Of a DNA stretch of 64,000 nucleotides, positions 55,720-64,000 are shown piece after piece. The notes beneath the pieces were generated by a model. It was not told where the DNA came from. It saw only the letters and a list, made by a program, of their open reading frames with translations, and made no database searches. The DNA is from an uncultured Verrucomicrobiae bacterium. GTDB taxonomy: Bacteria > Verrucomicrobiota > Verrucomicrobiia > Limisphaerales > JAFGQR01. Where the stretch lies: NCBI GenBank assembly GCA_963788655.1, contig CAWBHS010000089.1, forward strand, positions 43,059 through 107,058, given 5' to 3'. The number at the start of each line of letters is the position of its first letter. Within the stretch, counting starts at the first letter, position 1. The position numbers were made by a program, and so were the translations under genes.

Positions 55720-57114
55720 TCACGGATTGTCCGTCAACAGTTTTGCCATGGCGGCCCGCAGGACGCCCTCGACTTCGGGTGCGACGTTCGACGCCGCGGG
55801 ACTGGTTTCGTAGCCGCCTTGTTCGTAGGCCACGGCAGTGCCGATGTAGAACGGCGCGTAATCTCCGTAAGCCGCCACCGCTACGAACTGGCCGGGCCTC
55901 ATCGACTTGGCGGCAAGCTGGTATTCGACGAACAATTCGCCGGGCAGGTGCAGAATTCGGGCCGAGCCAAGCGCGAGACAGCCGACATCAATCCGGTGGC
56001 CCGCCTGACACCGGCGCAGCCAGGCCAGTCGCAACGCGGCGTCCCGGTCGGGCGGTGTGGCGTCGTTGGGCTTCAATTGCGCCAGCAAAGTTTCGCTCGT
56101 CAAGTTCGTGGCCGGTGGCAGGAGGACCGGCTCCACAGACCACCGGACCGCTGCGGCCGCGAGGGGTTGACGGCGAGTGGATTCCCAGGCGCGTCGCATG
56201 CCGTCCGCGAGGCGCTCGGCCAGGATTCGGCGATTCTCATGGGAACCGTCGTTGTATTTGCCCGCGCCCACGTTGCCGCCGGCACCATTGAAGTGAATGT
56301 GCAACGCTCCGGGCACCGCCAGTTGGCGCAGGAAACGGGCAACGCCTGGAAAATCCGGATTGGCAATGCCCGTGCGATAATAACTCTGCGGATGCACCGC
56401 GTAGTAGCTCAACACGGCCAGTGGCTTCTCGCCGTTCCAAAAACTAACCAGCGAAAGCATGGGATCAATCGTGCCCTCGGGCTCGGCCCGCAACGCTGGA
56501 CTTTTGCACGTGGTGAAACGCATCGCGCGAATCCGTCCGTCCGGACCGGGCAAACGCCGGTTCGAGGCCACCTGATACACGGGCGCTTCACCCAGGCCGA
56601 GCTGCGTGATCGGTTGGGGATGGTTCAAAGCGAGCCGCACTGCTGCGCGCAAACGCCGGATCACTTCGCGGGCAAACTGGCCGTCAAGATTGCGCGGCTC
56701 AATTCCCAGATCCTTCAGAATCTGTTCCGCGTCGAAATCACATTCAGGCGCGTCATGTTGGTGCAACGTGTGAACCGCCACCCGCTCCGGAACGGTGCCG
56801 GCAGCTTCGGCCAGCGCGCGACGGAACGCATCGTGTCCCTCGTTCGCAATGCCGATCCAATCCACCGCGCACAACACGATGGGTTGCCCGGCCCCCAACA
56901 GCACGATGCCCCGCGCCCGCAGGCCGAGGTTCCACACGTTGGTTACCGGATCGTAGGCCAGATAACTGCCAATGGGCGGGCTGGCGTCCACGTCGAACGT
57001 CGCCAGGCGCAGATCGGACGGCGAGGCCTCGCGGGCCGGCTGGTTTTCCTCCGCATTAACAGCCAGGATTCCGAGCAACCCCGCCACCATACCCAGCCCC
57101 AATTTTGAATTCAT
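55720..57114 (-). CDS. Secreted PVC-family hydrolase-like protein (neutral ceramidase-like)
   Basis: [47 protein letters not shown]. Confidence 0.65.
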   Translation of the reverse strand: MNSKLGLGMVAGLLGILAVNAEENQPAREASPSDLRLATFDVDASPPIGSYLAYDPVTNVWNLGLRARGIVLLGAGQPIVLCAVDWIGIANEGHDAFRRALAEAAGTVPERVAVHTLHQHDAPECDFDAEQILKDLGIEPRNLDGQFAREVIRRLRAAVRLALNHPQPITQLGLGEAPVYQVASNRRLPGPDGRIRAMRFTTCKSPALRAEPEGTIDPMLSLVSFWNGEKPLAVLSYYAVHPQSYYRTGIANPDFPGVARFLRQLAVPGALHIHFNGAGGNVGAGKYNDGSHENRRILAERLADGMRRAWESTRRQPLAAAAVRWSVEPVLLPPATNLTSETLLAQLKPNDATPPDRDAALRLAWLRRCQAGHRIDVGCLALGSARILHLPGELFVEYQLAAKSMRPGQFVAVAAYGDYAPFYIGTAVAYEQGGYETSPAASNVAPEVEGVLRAAMAKLLTDNP

Positions 57115-57376
57115 GCCGGCAGGATAAACCCGGCCGGGGGGCAGGGGACAATTGAAAAATTAGTTGGAGCAGAAACAGACCTTGGCGCAGTGGATTTGGC
57201 AGGGTGAGTGGCGCGGTTTGGCAGTTTTGAGGGTCCTCACTCTGGCGCCAAGTTGTGATCAGCCAACATCTCTCATTTGAACTCGGGTGACATTTCAGGA
57301 CACTGGTGGGTTGGCGCAGACCCAGTTGAATCGGTGCGTCTGAAAAGGCCTCGCCTATACCATTTTTATTTTGACG

Positions 57377-57421
57377 CCACAATATCCGGTATGGTAGCAA
57401 TCCCAATGCTACATTTAGTTG
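57377..57421 (+). promoter_or_regulatory. Possible tandem NrdR boxes
   Basis: ccacaatatccggtat and atgctacatttagttg resemble acaCwAtATaTwGtg; 29 bp apart, next to TTGACG. Confidence 0.4.
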
Positions 57422-57438
57422 TGGGTGATTGAATAAAT

Positions 57439-57924
57439 ATGCGCTGTCCCAAGTGTGGGTGTCTGGAAGATAAGGTGATTGATTCGCGCGCGTCGCGAGA
57501 GGGCTCGGCCATCCGCCGACGCCGCGAATGCGTGGCATGCGAACACCGTTACACGACTTACGAGCAAATCGAACGGGCGCGTCTTATGGTGCTCAAACGC
57601 GACGGACGCACGGAAGAATTCTCGAAGGACAAGTTGTTGAACGGCATTGAGAAGGCCTGTCAAAAACGCCCCGTCAGCCAGGAACAGATTGATAACTTGG
57701 TGGAAGCGATCGTGAACGATCTCGCTCAGCAATTGGAGCGGGAAGTGCCCTGGTCCGCCATTGGCTTGCGGGTGATGGAGGGATTGCGCGACCTGGATGC
57801 CGTGGCTTATGTGCGCTACGCGAGCATTTACCGGCGGTTCGATGAAGCCACGGATTTTGTGCAAGAAGTCAAGAAACTGGAGAAACCTTATGATCGACTT
57901 ACGGCCCGATTGCCTGGTATTTAA
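57439..57924 (+). CDS. nrdR: Transcriptional repressor NrdR
   Basis: MRCPKC...VIDSR...IRRRREC, ATP cone, VAYVRYASIY. Confidence 0.95.
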   Translation: MRCPKCGCLEDKVIDSRASREGSAIRRRRECVACEHRYTTYEQIERARLMVLKRDGRTEEFSKDKLLNGIEKACQKRPVSQEQIDNLVEAIVNDLAQQLEREVPWSAIGLRVMEGLRDLDAVAYVRYASIYRRFDEATDFVQEVKKLEKPYDRLTARLPGI

Positions 57925-58447
57925 GGATGCGGAAGGTGAAGGCGCTCCGAAGTCCGTCGAGCACATCACGCTGGAGTTGATCGGCGAGTCGGCACCGTTC
58001 CTCGACGAAACCATTCTCAAGAACGCGGCTCACGGCGTGCTGCACTACTTCAAGGAAGATCTGGGACAGGAAACCGTGTCTGGCAACGAGTTTGCGCAGG
58101 CGCTGGAGAAGACCTTGAAGGGACTGGGCTTCGAAGTCACCGCCGGCTGCGCCGAAGCGAACGCTCCGTCGATTGCGGAAGCGGATTTGCGAGGATTGGC
58201 CGGCGAGGGGAACGACGGGTTGGAACTGATGTTCTTTCCCCGGTTGCGCAGTGAATTGCACCAGCAACTCCAGCAGGCACCCCAGGTTTTGCGATTTAAG
58301 GGCTTGCGCGGGTGCGTCAAGCAACTGGTCGGGGCCAAACGTTGGAGTGGCCGCTGCCAGGGGCTTCACGACCAGATTGTCGAATATCTGCGCACTTGTC
58401 TGGTGGCAGAAAAGGCCGGAAAGTCCTGCGCCATGGTTGTCCAATAG
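57890..58447 (+). CDS. Conserved hypothetical protein
   Basis: Overlaps nrdR; AHGVLHYFK, ELMFF, GLRGCVKQL. Confidence 0.65.
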   Translation: MIDLRPDCLVFKDAEGEGAPKSVEHITLELIGESAPFLDETILKNAAHGVLHYFKEDLGQETVSGNEFAQALEKTLKGLGFEVTAGCAEANAPSIAEADLRGLAGEGNDGLELMFFPRLRSELHQQLQQAPQVLRFKGLRGCVKQLVGAKRWSGRCQGLHDQIVEYLRTCLVAEKAGKSCAMVVQ

Positions 58448-58503
58448 AACTTGCTACCCACCAAAACCAAACCACCGAAATCTGCCATCCCCCCATCCAG
58501 GCT

Positions 58504-58848
58504 ATGAGTAAAACTCTATTCGAGAAGATCATCACCCGCGAAATGGCGGGCACGATTGTCTATGAAGACGATAAAGTCGTGGCCTTTCGCGACATTGTGC
58601 CCCAGGCGCCCGTTCATATATTGATCGTGCCTCGCAAACCGATTTCACGGATCGCCGAAGCCAAGCCCGAAGACCACCCGCTGATCGGTCACTTGCTGTT
58701 GAAAGCCGCGGAAGTGGCCGCGAAGGAAGGTTTGGCGGACAAGGGGTATCGCTTGGTCATCAACAACGGGCCGCACGGCGGCGAAGCCGTGCCGCACCTG
58801 CACGTCCACATCCTCGGGGGCCGCCAAATGAGTTGGCCCCCCGGTTAA
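58504..58848 (+). CDS. hinT: HIT family nucleotide hydrolase
   Basis: AFRDIVPQAPVHILIVP, VPHLHVHILGGR. Confidence 0.92.
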   Translation: MSKTLFEKIITREMAGTIVYEDDKVVAFRDIVPQAPVHILIVPRKPISRIAEAKPEDHPLIGHLLLKAAEVAAKEGLADKGYRLVINNGPHGGEAVPHLHVHILGGRQMSWPPG

Positions 58849-58903
58849 AACCGCTCCGCAGACAAATTACAGTTCCAAACCACAGAGGACGCTCACTGCT
58901 CCA

Positions 58904-58931
58904 TCGGGACAGGCAGGACGCCCCGTCCAAC
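58904..58931. repeat. Single degenerate REP arm (53148 family) between convergent genes
   Basis: tcgggacaggcaggacgccccgtccaac. Confidence 0.5.
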
Positions 58932-58950
58932 CGCACAAAAAATATCCTCC

Positions 58951-61900
58951 TCACTCCGTCGCATGAATCGGGTTGCCCGCCGGATCAATCAGGGTCGGCG
59001 TCACGAAGATCACCAAGGTTTTTCGCTGCACCTCCTGAGTCTGCTGGCCGGAGCCGGTCCGTGGCTTGCGCACGGTTTCGACCGTGCCCGGTGAAAGCAC
59101 CAAGGTCTGCCCATCTCGCAGGGCCGCGCTGGCGACGACCTGCCGCACGCGAATCTGCGGCAAAGGCGGTGCGGGAAGATTGGTGCCCGTCAGCGCCTGA
59201 ATCCGCTCCGAGGACTCGAAGTCATAGCCCATGAATTCGCGAATGGTGGGAATGACGGTCATTTGAATCGTCCGATTGTCCACGGCGACGTGCGGCACGA
59301 TATCCAGCTTGGGTCCAAATTCCAGGGGCTTCGAAATTGGCAGGGGCGAGTTTCCGGGCGTCTTCGAATGCCTGCAATCCCGTCACAACGTATCGGACAT
59401 TGGAGATTTTGATCTCCGCTTGACGCCCGCTGACGGTGGTAACGCGTGGCGCCGAGAGCAAGTCCACTCCCCGCCGCTCTTCCAGAGCCTTCAGCACCGT
59501 GCGAAATTGGTCGGCAGCCAGGATGCCGAAGAACCCGGCAGGAGGCAAATTTGAGGATTGGACACTATCGGGCCGTAAGGCCGGCACGATGTCGGGAGTT
59601 ATCGGTGTGGGTTTTAACGCGCCAGGCTTCAGCCCCAGTATCTTAAGGAAATCCTTGCCGCCCTCTTCGTCTTCTTTCACCTCGGCGAACTTCACTTCAA
59701 TCGTCACTTGCGGTGATGACGTATTGATGACCTGAAGGGCTTGTTCGATGGCGTCCAAATCCTTCAGCGTCGCACGCACCATCAGCATGCCGAGCTGATC
59801 GTTGAAATAGATGTTCTTGGGCGGCGACAAATCCACGCCCATGCCCGCCATGAACGCGCGGAATTTGGGCAGGACGGTGGGGTTGGCATTGGTGTCGGTC
59901 ATGTAGTCAATGCCGCCGCCGGTAGGGGATGCGCCGGTTCGTACCCTGCCAGATATCGGATTATTCGTGGATGGCATAATCGTACTCTGGCCCTCGGAAT
60001 TCCTCGAGTGCGCGCATCAGATTGTTGACATCCAACCTGAAGAAGCGGTTGTACAGGGGGCTTGGTTTGACGGCTGGGTTTGCGATCTCCTTCTCATTCT
60101 TCTTGGCGGACTCGTCGTCGCTTTTGTTTCCCGACTTGTTCTCACGTCGCATGTTGGATCGCTGGTACTGCGTTTCCATGACGAGATCCAGATACGCAAC
60201 CGCGCTGCGATTCGACGGATCACGCTGGAGAGCCTCCCGCAGTTTGCTTTCGGCTTCGACGTATCTGCCGGCTTCGTAAAGCAGTTTCCCGTCGCGAACC
60301 AATCCTTCGAGGGGGACTTCTTGATCAATGGTGATCTGGGGCGGTTTTGATGCGGGCGTAATACTGGCCAATAATTTTTCAAGTGCTGGCCGGAGCTCCT
60401 TCACTCCTCGGTATCGCCCAACAAGCTTTTGATCCGGGCCAATCAGCAACAAGTCAGGGGTGCTGCTATAATCGCATTCGCTTTGAAAGAACCTCAGGAG
60501 TGAATTCGCATTGGCCTGCGGCCAGTCCAGCCCGGCCTCGCGGATCCATTCCTGCGCTTGCTCATCGGTTCCAAAGTAAAGGCCCAGCCAAGCCATTCGC
60601 GAGCCCGGCTGCAATTCTTCGTGCAGACGTTGTAATTCCTTGAGCGTTCGCCGATCCGCCGAGTAGTCGCTTGCATACCACAAAACCAGCAACACGTTTG
60701 TTCCGGCGTGGTCCTTGAGGTTGCATATCCGGCCATCCTGGTTGGTGACCGAAAAGGGCGCCACCACATCCCCAACCTTCAGTTGCTTGCGTAACTTCAC
60801 TTCGATTGTCCCCAGATCCAACGGGGTGTCGCCTTCGCTGATGTTGGTCGTGACGGTAAAGGGCACCGGGCCACTGCTGCCAATCGCCGGCGTCATGGGG
60901 CCGGGTTTATCCTGCGGGGCGACGAACAATTCGTAGTCACCCGGTTCCACCAGTGGCAGCACAAAGGAACCATCCTCCAGCGCATGTCCCATCGCCACTT
61001 TTCGATTCGAGCGATCTTTGGTGATGGCATGAACGTCGGCATAAGCCCAATGGACCGGCCGAGTGGCGTTCGTGGCGACGGCTCGTCCCGTCACCACGCG
61101 GCTTTGCTTGCGAACCTCGACCGTTGTGACCTTACCGCCTCCACCTGCCCCAACGTCATCTCGGCCAGTTGAAATCCAACGGTATTGGTTCCATCGAGGT
61201 CCAACGCTTGCCCGCTCCAGGCACAGGTATAGGCCAGACACACTTGCCAGGGCCCCGCACTGACATCGTGCAACACAAAACGGCCGGCTTCATCAGTTCG
61301 TGTCGCGGGATACCCTAACCTTGCACCCGACCCCCAAGAACGGCGTAGAGCCACCACTTGATTTGTCCACGGTCGCCCACCCAGCCACAGTGTGCCCTGC
61401 ACCGTGCCGGGAGCCTGGAGGTTGATACGGAATTCATTGGTCAACGTCTGCATTGCCACTTCCGCGAACTGTCCTTCATGCTGGACCATTACCCACTCGA
61501 CCTCGGGATTGGGATAGACAAAGGTCCGGCCTTGTTCATCCGTGAATGCGGGCAAACTGAGCGTGCCGCCGCGAAACCGAAAGCGGACTTCGGCGCCAGG
61601 CACGGGCTTGCCCTCAAAAAGCACGGTTCCCCAGAAGCGGCCGTCGGCAACTGCGAGATTCGGCGTGCTCGGATGCGCCGGTGCGGTAGCCTCCATCGCC
61701 GAGTCTGTGTTGGAATCGGGTGCAGTTTCTACCCCGTTTGTTGCCGTTGGTGAATTAACGCCATTCGACAACCGATTGACCACGCCAAGTATCAACTCCG
61801 CGTCATGCTCTCGACCCGCATTAATCAGCAAGTTGGTGTAGCCTCCCCAGATTTCACGGTTGGCTGGACCGAGGGCGAAGGCTTGCTGGTAGGCCAGTTC

Positions 61901-64000
61901 CGCTTCATCCATCAGGCGCCGGTCAACTCGGCCAGCAGTGTTCGTGGCGCGCCACAGATAGACATTGGCCGTTGCCGCGCGCAAACCGCACAACGTGCGC
62001 TGGGCTGAATTGTCTTTGAGGTAATCGCGATCACCGTTGAAATGGGAGAATTCCTGCCGCCCATAGACCTGCTCCACAAACTTGCACAATTCCGATACCG
62101 GCTGCAATGCCACTACCGCGTTCCCGATGAATGGCCGGGTGAAGCTCTGCCAGAATTCATGGTCCTGCTTGATCACTTCATCCGACAGTATCGCCAACGG
62201 GCGATGCCGGAGTTTCATGATCGGTCCCTGCGGTTCTAATCGCGAATACATCCACTCCATCGGCCAGCGGCCGTCCACGTAGAAATCTACAGTCGGATTG
62301 AGATCGAACAGGCGCTTGGTCAACAGGGCGTTGACCTCCATAACCGCCACCTGTCCACTGACCTGAAATCGATTGCCGATGATTCTTGCTTCCTCCCCTG
62401 GCTTGAGGCGATCCTCGCGAAATCGCTTTTGCAGGTCTTGAAGGAAATCGCCGAACGTGCGTTGGTGGTCATCCATCGTCAACAGGACAAGCCGATTCGT
62501 CAGCGTTTGCCGCAGAAACTCCAGGTAGGAATTGTCCGCCAGCATATCATAGGCGACGAACCACCCGGGGCTGGGTTCGGTTGCATGCAACAAGCGAAAC
62601 ACGGTATGTTCTTGAGCGCCACAGCTCAGATACACGCTGTTCGATGGAATGGAACTGAAGAGGGCATCGGCCAGTTGGCAGGCAAGCCGGGGATTCCAGG
62701 GCCGGATACCTTCACAAGCAGCGTAAGTTTTGCGGACGTTTTCAAACGATGCTTGGATTGGGTCGGGCAGAGCAGCGAACGCCGACTCGTTCTCCGCATC
62801 GGTTAGTTGTTGGAAACAATTGGACATCATGCTCCAGTTATTGCTCGACGCTGCGTCGAAGAAGTTCGTGACCACGGGCATCATCTCGAATGTGTTCGTT
62901 CCAACTTTGGATAGAAATGCATTTCGTCTGGCGGTTACGAACTGCGTTTTCGCATGCCGAATCCTTGCTGTGGCGTCCTCAAGCGCACTGGCCGTTTTCT
63001 CGGAAATGGCATCTGTCAATCCGACTGCCGCCGCCACTGCCAAGAGACAGAGTCCCAGTGTTGACCAGCGGGGAGTTACTTTGAATCCCGCGATCATCCC
63101 GATACGCCGTTTCATCTGGTTCTTGTCCTCCAGAATGCCCACCAATCCCGGCAGCACTGACGGACGAGCGAAGCCTTCCAGTAGCTTGACAATGGTGTGG
63201 CCGTAGGCGCGGTGTTCACCGGCGTCGGCCACCGACAGGGCCAGTGCGTCGCAAGCCACTTCGCGGTCGGCGCGCATCCGAGCGAAGGCCAACCAGACCA
63301 GCGGATTAAACCAGTGAAATATCTGGAGCGCGGTGCAGAGCCAGTTGACGGCAATGTCGCGGCGTTTCACGTGCGCCAGTTCGTGGAGAAAGACGTGACG
63401 CAGTTCGGCGGAACTGGAATCCTGGAGCAAACCTTCCGGCAGCAACAGCCAGGGTTGTCGCAGGCCGTAGAGGGCGGGACTGGCGACCAACTTGGTCTCG
63501 ACCACCACGAGTGGCAGGCGAACGTCAAGCGAGTTGCGACATTCGTCGAGCAGGGCCAACACCGCCGGATCCTCCACCGGCGAATGGCGGCGCAGGCGGC
63601 GGGTTAACCGCCAGCTCACCCAAGCCACGCGCCCGGCCAGCAGCAAAACGCCGGCTAACCAGAGCAGCGGCAGTGCAGCCTGCAGTTTCAGCCAGCCCAC
63701 GGCGAGAAGGTCGCGCAGGCGTTCGGAGAATGGTTTGAGTGGAGGTTTAAGTGGCTGCGTAGTAGCGAACACTTCCGTTTTTTCGCCCGTGGTTGCGGTC
63801 GGCGCCAGCCAGTCCGTTGCGAAATTGTCCGAATCTAGGGTTCGAGGTGATGGTGGTTGGACCATCGACGCAACTGGCTGCTCTCGTCCGGAGGCGAGGT
63901 TGAAGATGCTCCACGCGCTTTGCGGCGATACGGGCAGTGCCAGCCGCGCCACCACCAACAACCACAAGGCGTACCGCCAACGCGGCGCCAACCGTTTGCG
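58951..64000 (-). CDS. Probable single multi-domain protein: M56/BlaR1 peptidase, DUF2723-C-like/TPR, carboxypeptidase-regulatory-like repeats, CxxC-less redoxin, TPR, secretin (5'-partial, three frameshifts)
   Basis: HELAHVKRRD, HWFNPLVW, REVACD; VSGQVAVM; LKVGDVVAPF; VDLLSAPRVTTVSGRQA, LVIFVTPTLID; frames join at ~61136, ~59990 and ~59340. Confidence 0.7.

Overview
GC-rich bacterial chromosome segment, most consistent with Verrucomicrobiota (Pedosphaera/Limisphaera-like; inferred from gene content and repeat types). It holds: the 3' part of a C30 carotenoid operon; three large secreted Ig-repeat proteins that share a C-terminal W...(R)FYR domain, one directly downstream of a gspE-L-M-D secretion cluster; glycosidases (GH78, GH27, GH57); housekeeping genes (argG, FKBP, nrdR, HIT, CDF); and a DsrE/F/H-like trio. 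A 4.7 kb island between argG and the CDF gene is a type I R-M operon whose HsdM and HsdR catalytic centres have been deleted, while an embedded, translationally coupled HipA-like kinase and DUF3037 pair is retained. The right end carries a probable giant fusion of a BlaR1/M56 peptidase with a DUF2723-like domain, a CxxC-less redoxin, a TPR and a secretin. Several families of REP/REPIN-like palindromes are present, including an IS5-type MITE and palindromes read in-frame inside hsdR and hsdS. About 15 or more single-base frameshifts, some in housekeeping genes, point to uncorrected long-read errors, so split ORFs were joined by eye. No rRNA, tRNA or CRISPR array was seen. All family assignments come from motif recognition, not database searches.
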